Assembly: GCA_002633005.1 (NCBI GenBank)
Contig: NMRA01000097.1
Location: forward strand, 322,686-386,685
From: Phoronis australis
Lineage: Eukaryota > Animalia > Phoronida
DNA: 64,000 nt
Direction of reading: 5' to 3'
The translations under genes and the position numbers were made by a program. Position 1 is the stretch's first letter; every line of letters starts with the position of its first letter. Shown in pieces: positions 27,301-40,622 of the stretch. The notes under the pieces were generated by a model, which saw only the letters and a list, made by a program, of their open reading frames with translations, was not told the DNA's origin and made no database searches.

Positions 27301-30300
27301 AAAGGTAGATTTTAGTATCAACGCTCCCTGTTTTACTTGATACTACTTTCGTCTTTTTAACTGTAGGTAACTGCACGGCATTCCAACACATGTTTTATTT
27401 ACCCATATGTTGAACAGAGAAACAATAATTGTTCATGAACACCAACTATATGTAGGCCTCCTGAATATCGAGTTGTCCATTTGCCCAGTTCGCTCGTTGT
27501 TTTAATTTATACATATTCTGTTTAACATCTCAATAGATCGAGTGCAAGTCTACGAACAGGAATCTTGTTAAACTATAGCCGCCAGCCAGCGAAGTTTAAG
27601 TAGCCCACACACCACACGAGACTTCGGTATGTGTAACTAGGTAGATTGAACACACCGATTCAAGTGCCTTCCCCCCAAAAATGTAAAGGAGAGTAAGAGC
27701 TGTCCAACACCATTGTTCTCGAAATGTATGGACTAGATTGTCGAAAGGTTGTTTGAATGTCATTTCAAATCAATTCAACATTAATAAGAGCTCATGTTTA
27801 TTCAAGAGAACCACCTGCGAGAGGTTTTGGGGGTATGTAAAAAATGCCAGAGACTTTAGTATTAGGTATGTTGAAAGGTCAGTCACGTGTTAATTAAGTC
27901 GACAACACGATCAGTATTCAATGAAAAGTGCATCTCTACATTAAAGCAAATTATTACATCTATTGCAATTGAAAATACTTGCTATCGACAATCATCCAAG
28001 CATCGACAGGCCAGCGAACACGAGGTTTGAGAAATAAACAACTTCCTTATCCGAGCAACCCAAATTATTCACTCACTCTTGACATCCTAGTGTACATGTA
28101 GTATTGAGTGCTGTTTTCGCCTAATGATAGCAACATGGTATTTTAAGAGAAATATGCATTTGATGGTCAAGTCCCTTAGAGCGCAATGCAACCTGTTTGT
28201 TCATTCTACCTAGTTTTACACCACGCGAGCGCGCACCAGCTGCGCATGCACAACTCGACACAGAGGACTCGTGTATTGAAAGAGCTGACGGCAAGATCGG
28301 ACATCTGTTGAAGTATTTTGACTCTTGACTCTTTGGCGTTAGCTGTCATTTCCACAATCGTTCACTTCAAGTAAACACCTAAGTTGGCAGCTCTCCATCT
28401 GCATAGTCCTTACCAAAATAAGACCGTTGCCCACTTCATTCGCACCAGTCCACAAGTATTGTTTGATGTTGAATCTGGATAGATTCGGACAGGTTCCTAA
28501 AGTGAAAAAGTACCTGCGTCATGTGCTGAAGAATTAAATTGCGCGGAAACGTTACTCTACCTAAATTACATTATCACATGCGAAATAAATTTTAGAAGCA
28601 AAGTCAAGTATAACTAAATGCCTAAGGGCATATAGACATGCACGTCACTAGAGGGGTACAGGGGCAGTTCTGCGTTTTCAGTAAGGGGGGGTTTAGGGTT
28701 CGCGCCAAGCCGAAGCGCGTAGCGGCGAACGGGGGAGGTCGGGAGATTGTTTCCCCCCGCTACTGTGGAAGATTTTTTTGGAAGTGATTTCATTTTCCCG
28801 GCAGCGATTTTTTAATTTTTATTTTTGATCCTGAACCAGGGGGGTTAAACTCTCGAAAACCCCACCCAGTGGATCCGCCAATGGCATAGGAAGGAAAAGG
28901 AGAAGAGGCCAGCTTGGGCGTGAAAGACGAAGGTCAGGACCAGGGTTGTAAGTAAGAGAGGAAGGGTAGCAGGCGGAGGTGCGCCAGGTAGGGACAAACA
29001 GCAAGTTTCGACGAGTGGACGGACGGTCCAATGATGAGAGAAATGCGAAATACGAAGGCCTTGGCGACGATGATGTAGAATGGAAAACTGTCCGTCAGCT
29101 TTGTTTCAAGTACTACGCACGAACACTACATGTATACCTGCAGCCCAGAGCATTCAATATAGATGGACGAGGTACATATACCAATTTCTCACATAACTGG
29201 AATGTGTTACGAAACGACTAGTTAATAACACCGCGTAAGTATTTTTATATCACATGGGTGAATCACAAAGTAGTGCAAAGTAGACATCCAAACGCCTTAC
29301 ATTTTATCGTCTGGAAAACACTAAAACAACCAAACCCGCACCAACGAAACGGTGCCGGAATTCCGAGAAGGTGACTAGATTATGATTGACAAAACCGATG
29401 TAGCAATTGTACGTACTCTCAGTCCGAAGGACATTTACACAACTTCTTAAACGGATCCATCTTCGGCGGCAAATTCTATATCTACCTTCATTCAAACGTA
29501 GAATCGACGAAACCCATCTCAAGAAACGCAGCGAGACTATCTAACTGTGCTGTGTCAAGGTCAATTCAGTGCTCACGCGCAGGGAAGCCCTGCTGACTGT
29601 TACTTATAAACACTTTTTAAGTTTTAATATTACAACTTTAAAGACTGTTATTAGATTGTTGCTTGAATGCAATTTACAATTGTTCCATTTGAACTTAAAC
29701 TATTAACAAAAAGTCACTGAATTACATAATATTGCGCCAGCGTGTTTTTTTATCAAAAAGTGCGTCTTATGGTTGAAAGTTTTAGAGACGTCGAGTTTTT
29801 CGTAAAAAAGATCGTTTTTACGGTTCATGTAACAAATTATAACCTACATGCGCCTTAGATTGATGACATGGGCAAAGACTCGGGATTTTGACGAAATTTC
29901 CAAGCAGTTTTGTCCATGTCATAAACCTGAGACTCGTGTAGGATTCTCTATGTCTGACCACAGCGCACTTAGATTATACCACAGTGCGTGTGGAAATGAA
30001 TGTATGCCGGAAACAGCACTCTGGTTATGATCATGGGACCACAAGTTGTGATAGATTAGATACGTGTATTGCCGGGTTGTAATCTTGAGAAACTTAAATA
30101 GTTTTAATTTGTAAATTTAAGCGGTCATGGTGCAGAATTCTGATTTTATTTGAAATTGGGTTGATTAATTTAAGTTTTGGTCAATGAATGCAATGGTGCT
30201 CTGTATATGATATAGGTTTCACGACGAAGTGACGTACAGAAATACCCGGGCGATGCGAAACTTTGAGGTTTGTATATAATTTCCACTCTTCGGTACCTAT

Positions 30301-33300
30301 ATTAATTTTGACTACACGTAGTTGCCCGGCGGGTTAACCAATGGAAACCTCCTGAATACAACAACTAAACCTGGGCTAAAATGAACAATAGCGGAACGAA
30401 GGCGAAGAAACAGGTAGCGTCCCCTTTGGTCGCCACCAGCTTCACCCCGACCTAAAAGGTCATGTAATTTTGCCGTCATTTCGGTTTTCAAATTAGCATC
30501 ACGGTAGATCATTGTTTCACTAAAACAGCAAACTTGTTAATTTATTCTACGTAGTTGCCAAATTTTCCCATCAGTCGGTCTTTTGATTGGTTTCACGCTA
30601 AAACCACTTTAACAAGAGGGTGCCCCCTACGCTCTTTCACAGTGCTACAAAAGGTGTCACTGTGCAATAACGTTTATAATGTATTCTGATTGGTTAAAGC
30701 CTATCTTCAACGGTAACACCTGAAATTTTGGTTCCTACAGTATGTTAAGAGCATTGCTCGGAGCCCACTGGTGCCATAAATTGAGAAATTTAACAAATTG
30801 TTAGGCGTATTGGCTTGCTTTTGCCTACATGACCTCGAGAATCACCGTTTAATTGATACAGCTGCGAGTAACAACCGCACGCAAAGGTGTTCTTTTAGGA
30901 CCCCTATTCAATACAAAACTTATTGTTTGTCCTGGGATCTCGCGGTGACGCAACACGGCACAAAAAGGCAACTTCACTTATCATTTGACGGCTTACATTT
31001 GCCTGACTGAACTCTGGTTTTATTTTTTTACTAAGGCTTTGCTAGGACTATCTGGTTAGTCTAATACATCTAAAGTATCAAAATTCCGTTGAAATTAGGC
31101 TTTAAAGTAGTGAAACTGACGTCATAACATTCAGTCATTCCCATTTGTTGAAACTGGGGAAACCTCATTCAGTTTACTGTTGCGTAATATGGTGACCACC
31201 CTTGGCTTGAATAGTTGCAATTTATTAAAATGGGCAGTGATCGAAGTAAACAAAATCAAGGGAACACCGATCCCGTGGCTAAGCCCAAAACAAGCACAAT
31301 GCATAGAAGGCGTTTGCAAGTGGTGGCGATGTGAATGATAAACTTTCAACCAACCATGCGCATTGAAGCCCACATACGGATTTCCCTGTGTCGTTCATCA
31401 TGTTTCCACGTGGCCACTTTTCAATACAGGTGGCGCTGTGTCAGAGAGTATGTGCCCTCCATAATTATTTGTAATCATTAGTTGAACACTCGTCTCTACT
31501 CCCTGTGTCTAGATTCCTGCGTCGGCATTTGATATTGAACGGGCATTTTCCTTCGAAGTGCTATGATGTGTCCGGAGGGACGCTGCCAATTTCAACCCCA
31601 TATCAGCTGTAGTCGGAACCTGCGGTGTCAACACTACTCATGATGTCATGAACGTTTTCATCGGACGAGAGAGCGACACCTTCATTAAACATCGTATTCG
31701 TATTCTGTTGCCACAGAATTACTTTGAGTGGATTGCTTAGTGTTCAGTTTTGCCACGCATAAAGCCTCTAGCTAAATCGAGTATTTCAGATTTTATGTAG
31801 AGTACAGCAAAACGCATTTTGACAAATCAACGCTGTTGTTAAACTTTCTTTACCTGGGCAATGTCCCCATTTCTGGTCGCTCTCGTAATTAGGGGTGGTC
31901 GCACACCACGGTTGTTTGCGATCCTCTTCAATGCACGCACTGTACGACAGGCCCTTGTAAACGAACGGGAACGTGCACGATGAACCACCGGCATTACCGC
32001 CATAAGTTGGCAGGTCAGTATCTGTGGAAAGTATTTTCTCAATACGTTTCATGAATTACCATAAATACACATCCACGAGTAGACCACACAAAAATGATCA
32101 AAGCTACATGTAAGTCACGGATTTTCTTGAGAATTTTACGATAGTAGTAGTATCCACTTTCATTCTTCAGAGTGCGCCATCTTGTGATTGCTAAGGCAAC
32201 AAGTTGCTTTTCTGCCAAATGCAAGCCCAATTGCAGCTACATTTTGGCACATTTTGGGATCTTACCTTGAAAGCAAGTATGCAAGATGAAACACTACCTC
32301 TATTAATACCACTGAGTTAAGCTATCTTTAATCTTTTCAACTATGGAAAATATTACATATGCCAGTCATATCGTAGCTGTTTTGAATGTTACAAATTTAG
32401 CTGTTCGATGGCGATTTTGAAATGTTGTGAATTGACCAAGTTCCTGCCTCCATATCTTAATGAAGCCAACTTTAAAACAACAAAACGACATTTGGTGTTT
32501 AGAGTGACTTTATCTCATTGAAAAACCTAAATTTTATAAGCACTTCTTCATATCGCATCGGACAATCGAAGTTGGGTACATGGACATCATCGCATTAGCA
32601 AGACTGGACAATATCTCTATACCAACGTATGTATATGTATGCAGGTGATTCAAAATAAAGCTTAGAAGTATTACATGTGATTCTGCCACTCCAAAAGTGT
32701 CAAATACATTATATTTCAGAAGCAACCAAATTCCCTGGGTTGACAGAAAAGAAGAAATGATAGCGCATCAAAGCGCGGTATTTTCCTCCGGCCTTGACGA
32801 TAATGCTGCCAGGAAGTCCATGCAATCCATTAAAATTGAATACCAGAAATGTTCATTGCATGTATATCTAGAACTTTACAATGATATAAATTCAGCTCTT
32901 AGCACTGTTGCTCTAGGAATATACAGCATCATATATTTAGTTCACAATGGTTACGGTTTTGAAATAATCTAACTACACAGGCATCTTCGGTCATATGCGT
33001 CTGCAAATTTCTGTGCGCATCACCAAGGACAGGTCAGTGACACAAAAGATAATTTCGTTTCCTGTTTGAATATTATTGCTTACTTCCGAAATTCTTTTAT
33101 CCTCGGTTAGAAGGTTGTGTATAAATCTAACAAATAGATATACAGTGTAAATGTGTCAAATACATGTAACTGGAAACTCGAATGAAACTTGAAGGCACAT
33201 GACTAATTGGTTAAAATTTTAATTTGATTAAGATAGTTGTTTGTTATTTTTTGCAAAGTCGGTTAATTTGGTCAGACCCACCTCATTTCAGTGTAGAATA

Positions 33301-36300
33301 AGAAGTGCTATATAGGGCTGGAAGAGGGCCAAACGTGATTCATTAGTAAAAACCAAAAATCAGGTGGCGGAACACTCCATATGGAATTGTTGGGGAGGGA
33401 CGCGGAAACATTTTGGTAAGAAAACCATTGTCACGGCTAATTCTCCTTATGCTTACCTTTCGGGCAAGCCTATTTCATTGGACAACCAAATGGCCAAGCC
33501 CTGAGATGCCTTGTATACCTGAATCCACTCGCGTTATGAAAACCAATATAATTATTTTGTTTTTACATACAACATGGAGCCGCGGATATGACGTCATATC
33601 CCATAGTGCGACCAGTGTAAAATTTCCAATTACCGATTGGGGCAAATGAAGGATGGATTGCTCGAAAAAAGTTGATAAAGGGAATGTTTGGGTTATGCCT
33701 GGATTCTTGTGAAGCTATAACCCACTGCTATGTTTGCTAATATTTTCACACTGTTTTACGCTCTAGTCCCTACAAGGACAGACCACGGGACTGCGTTACG
33801 CGGCAATAAGGACAACTGCCACTCACCAAATGAACGTCTCAGATCATTTTCTTCTATAGTCATGGACACACCGTTACCAATCCATCCCGTATGCGCGTCC
33901 CCAATATCAATGCCGTTGCATTCCCCCACATGGAATTTTACTATGACGTCGCCAGCTATTTGTAAATCACAAATGCCACCAACTGAAAGTGTGAATGAAA
34001 GATAGGCAGGCATTAAAATACAAACGGATGGGTACTTTTACATGTATGTTACCCATCACACTTCTGATGTAAGTCTCTTTAGGAGCATAGAACAATCAAA
34101 TTAATGCCAAGTATCACAATACATGCCCACATAAGACTCTCACCCTGGGCCGGACGATAATCATCCTTTTCTTTGCCCTTGTACCACACTATCTCAATTT
34201 TCCCAGGCGAGGAGCATTCTTCATCGTTGAAAGTGAAGTACCACCGATTGCAACAACTATCGCAGTTGTACGGAGCGCGAACAATACCTCGAAAACGCAC
34301 CCTCAGTGAAGTGAAAGAATACTGTTTTTTGAAAGTTTTTGTCTGAAACATAGAGCAAGTAGGGGTCTTAATATAGTCCAACACCGGTACGCTCAGTCAA
34401 TTTAGTTTCTGGGAAACCACGGGCAAATTCAACTACAGTATATGCCTACTTTGACAATGAGTGCAGCTAGAAAATTAGGATACTCACCCACTTAAAAATG
34501 AACCACTTGTCGAATTTTCCGTGTAATGACTGATAGGGTTTTCTCCTCGAAAGGCCACTCTTTACTTATTTCTTTGTCGAATATCGGCATAATTTCGGCG
34601 CACAAAACCGACACTAAATTAAAATTATATTGGACTACAACCCGTTTGAGTTGTAATCAAATCGCCGTAGGAGTTGCCAAATACTACTTGTCAAAATATC
34701 ATATACGTATCGCCAAGTTCAGTCATAAATATACAAATTAGTAGCTAGACGAAATAACGCCACATTAAACTGACAAAATTTTTACAAAAACGCTATGTTA
34801 TTGCTACAAAATTAAGGCTAGCTGAACAGCCAAACAATCTTGTGGTACAAAAGTTCTAAAGCTATAGATATCTTAAAAACCGTCAGTAAAATTGTGCAGT
34901 GGGACTTTTGCCGGGATCGCATCCCTTCATAAGGAAACAGGCCGTGAGTATGGCACCCTGCTGCGCGGCAAGTCCTGTAGCTCCTCCATGAAAGAACCGT
35001 CCCTCGTCTTCGCTGGACAGAAGTAACGTCAGACCCTTGACATTTTTGCAACGTAAATGAGATTCGTTCATACTGCCAGGACAACATTTCCGTGGAGTCC
35101 TCACACTGCTAATTAACTGTTTTTAACAGGTACATTACATGTATCTGTCCAACCGCTTTTAGTTTATGTATGGTGTGTGCTGATGGGGTCTTGAACTCTC
35201 TACCGAAACAAGATCACTCGTTTCACTAGCATGTCTTCGTCATCCCTCCGCTTGGAAATTTCCTGTGGGAACCTGGCCCAGTTTTACGTTGTACTTGGAT
35301 ACGTACTGAAACTCTTGATTGGTCCTCGAGATAATGTTTGACTTTAAAGCGGTATTATACACTCGCTTCCGGTCAAAGAACAAGGTTTGGATTAGAGCAG
35401 ACGCCGGTACAAAATGGTCTTATCGGATTCCTTGGAATCGATCTAAGTGCTCGGAAACCTCCGAGTGTCCATTATGTTTTACGGTGTATGTATCAAGCAA
35501 TATCATTCGTGTTCCTTCAATCAACTCAAATTTGACGAAAAAGAATAGAGACCAATTTCATGAAGATCGGTGTCATAAATCAAAACTTGATTTTTGACAG
35601 AGAGGAAGAATTTAATACCGCTTTAAAGGCGAATGCCACCCGAATTAAGTAGTCTTTTTTGCCGTCTTAATCGGTCTATTCCACATCGTCTCGCATACGG
35701 TCGACCTTACCTTGCCAAGAGGTGTCGCGTTAACCTGTGAGGAAGGTGAGAAACGACGCTAGCGACGTCAGTGGTTCATATGCAGAGTGAATGCCGCTAT
35801 GTTGCGGTGTATCGTTCCCGCTAGTCCAAACTAAGCAGCCGCGAGGAAAGCGAGTATATCGTTTTTTTGCTTCCTCGAGAGTCCAAAATGCTTAGGAAGT
35901 GTCTCATGGTAGAGACGAATGAAGTGTAGGCTGTAAATAGCAAGTGTGAGGCCGTAAAACATCTCCGTGTCTGTGGCCTGCAGACGACGTTGACAGTGCC
36001 TCACGAATGCCGGCTTACCAAATAACTCCATACGTTCCGTTGTCTGAGCTTGTTCACGGCGCCTCTCTAGTATATCTTCATCACTGTATTCCTGTACGAA
36101 TTGATAGCCTGTAAAACTTAACGATCCACCTGCGCGAAGTCGTGATTGATGAGCCGCACTAGCTCGTCCTAAGTCGGGATTGTGAGTTGTCATGTTGGCG
36201 TTCATTACTGAGCGTTCTGTTTCAAAATGAATTATTCTCACCCTAACCAATACTTAAATTTTAAACAAAATCTGTCTCATTAGATGCAATTTGTAATGCC

Positions 36301-39300
36301 TTCGGAGTGTTCGTGAGTGAACGAAATGATTTGAGAAGCCAGCAATTAATACTGTCATTGCCTTACCCGGTCCGGCTTTAGGTGCAATAAAACTAATTGA
36401 CGGGACACCGCGAGACCGTGTGAGCTCATGCTAATTTAGTGTTTGGTGGCAGAAACTGTTGTGAAACAACTCGATTTCCACCCCACGACCAGGCGTTAGG
36501 AGAATATTTATTTACATTAACATTACTCAGACAATGATTGTTACTGCAGACTGCAATGTTACGTTATGTTACGTTATGTTATTCCGATTGGGCGTACGAA
36601 TACACTTTTTTCCCGCCATGTAAGAGGACTTTCTACACTGTAGTTCTTGCGCCAGATGTCGCTCTCTCTCTGACTATTTATTCTGGTACCGCTCTATTTG
36701 AACGCCATTCCACAAACGTTTTATGGTGGATGAACGTCAATGTACATAGTTAGTTTCTTCGGAATTTTGGTTGGACTTGGGGCGATATTGGCGTGAGTAC
36801 TCATGTTTCTTACAATACAGTTTATTTGCATTCATTAGTATGTTAGTTTTTCATGTTCTCTCAGGTGTACTTAATGTTTTGAACGCTTGTCATTACTGTA
36901 TACCCTTTGCCAGTTATCATTTTACTTGGGCGTTGTCCTCCTAAATGTTACTGTATATACATGGTAGAGCCCTATGCATCATGTAAGCTTGAACATGGTT
37001 TTTTGGTTCTTTCAGTTTACCTACTACGAATACTACAACTACTACTACTATCACGCCTCCTACTACCGCAACATATTATGTAAATAAAGAGTAAAGCCCC
37101 CCGAACCTGTTTGTTTTGCTCCAACAATGATTGTTAATGCACAACTTCTGCCCTGACGGTGCTGTGGCCAAAGCGGAATCTAAATTCGCGGTCCCCGACG
37201 AGTAAGTAGATTTGCAGTTTCGTGGCTAATTCACTAACATAATCACGTGCACATTACTTTGGCTCACTAGTATAGTATTTTCTTGACTGGAAGTTTAGTT
37301 GCCACTGAACTTTGACTAGTTTATGTTCGTGATGTCTGGTAAGTTTCCGAGCCGCTCGGCCGGGATAACGAGTCAATCCGGCCGGCCGCGATCGGGCTCC
37401 GAGACACTGGCCAGGATAACAAGCGTTTTGTGTTTATAACTCAAAAAATCACAAGTCTAAACAACACAGATCTAGGCTCTCCTGTCTGTATCTCACGGAA
37501 AATACTTCGAAATTATCTCCGAACAGACCCCAAACTCCTGCTACGAACCTTATTGGCCTGCCGAACTTTGTAGGCTACGGTGTGTCCAAATACCAACAAA
37601 TCCGTAAGAGCGAAATAAAACAACCCTTTTTTATAAGAACTCGGTGTATTTTTAAGGGTTTTACATCGAAGTTTGATGATTCATTGGTGTTAAACGATGA
37701 CTTCAAGTGATGAGCTGACAACAGTAACTCGTGTTGTGAACTGCTGAACAGACTGCGTGTGAAACTGATAACGTCATTGGATAATTTCAACACCTCCGTC
37801 TTCCGTCTTCTTGTGTCTTGTAACGCAACCGTACGTGTCGTTATGGAGTAGAACTACTCGATCTAAATTGATACAGATTAGTGTATTTTTTGGGTGGCAT
37901 GCTCCTTTGAGAAGTGTGGCGATGAACGAGGCCACGTGCTTGCAAACATCCAAAGACTTACCAATAAAGTTCCGCTGTCGCTAATGGAAAGGTAGTTCTC
38001 GTAGTAGTAGTGTCTGATGTTAGCAACCGGGACTTCGTCACATTCTTTATATGGCGCTGTGTTTGGGAAGAAGATACTTTAATGCTAATATCCAATATTA
38101 AAGTGTAGGTCGCTGGTTTAGTAAATACTCATGAGTTGGCAGTATCAAGATATCTCTCCATGTAAGCATGTGTTCACATAGATTCGATAACATTGATACA
38201 AACTTGTCTACTTGTACTGATACTAGAATAGACAGCAAGAACCGGACATTGTGGCCGAAAAAAATAACTGTTATAGATGTTTTACAAGATACAGCGTTTC
38301 ACGCTCCCTCTCAGGCATGCCTAGAATCATTCACAACGGCACTTGTTTACTAGTGAATTCGTCTGCTAGGCAGAGGACGGGTCACAATTCGTTGCGTAGA
38401 CAATGTCTCCTTCTATCCTCGAAAGGTTTGACACTTGACAGACGCAGATACATGTGTCAGTTTCTCATGTTCTCCGTTTAGTAAGATGAGATATCAAACC
38501 TAACCAGCTTAAGTGTTTTAATTCTAGTGCATTGTGATATCTTGTAAAGAGTGTATACTTGTGCGGTCTGGCCATGCTCGCAGGAAACTTCAAGCTCCTG
38601 AGTAGTTAACTACAATTTTATGATAAACTTGCGTGCATATTTTCAGAGATTTGGCACATTTTTGATGGGAGCACTCGAGTGTTTTTGTTTGAGAATTAGT
38701 TATGTGGAAACTTAATGCCGCGCGCAACTCCCCATGGTCAGGAGGTGCTCTTGACCTACACTGTACATGTATCCAAGTTTTAAACAAAGGAGCTTTTACT
38801 CATTAGTGCTCGGTTGCTTGGAACAGTCCCAAATAGGGACTCAACCAAGTTCCCTAAATCTACTGCGTATTTTTGAACTTGTGAAAACATCGATTGCTCT
38901 TTCTTGTATTGTTTTAGTTTCATTACAAAGTCAATTTTTGACTTTGTTACAAATCGAGAATGAATTCGACGTTGAATTGTCTATGTTATCAAAAATAATT
39001 AGAGATCTTTTCCTGCAACACCCCCAATGTAAGGACTGAGTCCCTATTTTTTCATGGACTTTGGGCTCAGGTTTTAGTTACATTATTAGAAAATATCATC
39101 AATCAAAGAGGAGCTTATAATCGAATGCACAAAAAGACTTAGTTGAGTCCCTGTTTGGGACTGTTCCAAGGAACCGGGCACAGAACCGCTTACGAAACCA
39201 AAGTCTAAAATTTGTAATGGTATGAACGACTTACCCACGCAGACTCCCACGTTGTTAGCGCAGTCCTTCACACAAGCCTGGCTTCCGTCAGTGCAATTGG

Positions 39301-40536
39301 CGATCGTGCATTCGGTCTTCGAATTGTTCTGAAAAGAGCGATTGTATGTCTGGATCTAAAATTTTCATAAAAGGACAATTTTTGTGAAAATTTTTATCGC
39401 GTTTCATAATTCTAAACAAAATGTTACCAGTTTCCGAGTACCGACTTCGACTGTTCAACGTCACAATGTCATCCATTTAAGTGTTCAACGTCACAGTGTT
39501 ATCCATCCAAGTGCAAATACAAATGCAAAGTGAGTGTAATCAGACAGAAGATAGCAAAAAAGTTATTAAATAGTAGGGTCATACAACTGGGGCGTTGCCT
39601 TTTTGCTGTTATGTTACCATATAAACAAATGAAAGTTTAACGTTATGAAACTTTAAGGTGATTGTTTACGGTGCATACGGGTGTCACCTTGAAAACGTAT
39701 TGTCTGTGAAAAACCTATGTGGACATGAGTCCATTTGAACTTAAATGAGGCGGAAATGGTACGTTTAGAAATAAAAAAGAAACCAAGCCCGGTTTTTTGT
39801 TATAAAAATATTCAACTACTGAAAACAGCTTCCCCATACAATTCTCTGAAAAATTAATTCTCTTTATGATCATCAACCTACAGAAATTGGAGAGAATTCT
39901 GCTACACGGTAAAACTTTACCTACACTTTTAGCGACAAATGCCTGAAAATATCACCCGCGAAGAACCATAATCTCCAAAATGTAACATTGGAAGAATGCA
40001 TTTTTGATAGATTCCAATTTTTTGTTTCAATATTTACTCCAATGATCCATTGGCATGTGGCAGAACCTTTGTCAGAAATCATTAAAACATACTATTAGTT
40101 AAGTGTTATTTTAAGTGAGTTATAACCAAGTTTAAGTTATTGTTGGATTTGTCTAAGTATTTGTATTTTTGTATTTTGATGCTTTGCTGCTAAATATGAA
40201 AAATACAGCGGACACATGTTAATTTCTTCGTTATAGCCGTATAAACTGATGCACGTCTGGCAAAATATTAAATGCAAATCTTATAGGGTGATTATATTCC
40301 CTGTATCTCTCATTTCACTTTATGAATGCTAAATGAGCTGTATGTTGACACTTGCTGTCGTTTGTAAATTTTCATCCTGATGACGTTCAATGAATAGACG
40401 ACACGTTGATTGAACAAGAACTTTTTATTTGTGTGACGATTGTTCGGTTATAATCTTGTTATGGCCAAAAACTGATAGAATTACTTCAAACAATTATTGA
40501 AAACCTGTAGAAAACGGAGTAAGTTAATAGTAATTC

Positions 40537-40622
<86 letters not shown>

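Noticed and set aside
34488-34560. Candidate extra exon ending in GTGAGT (..SLHGKFDKWFIFKW)
   Set aside because: No convincing acceptor, and exon 37962-38056 already supplies the homologous segment in the right phase.
39451-39513. About 30-bp tandem duplication
   Set aside because: Ordinary two-copy intronic slippage with no further structure.
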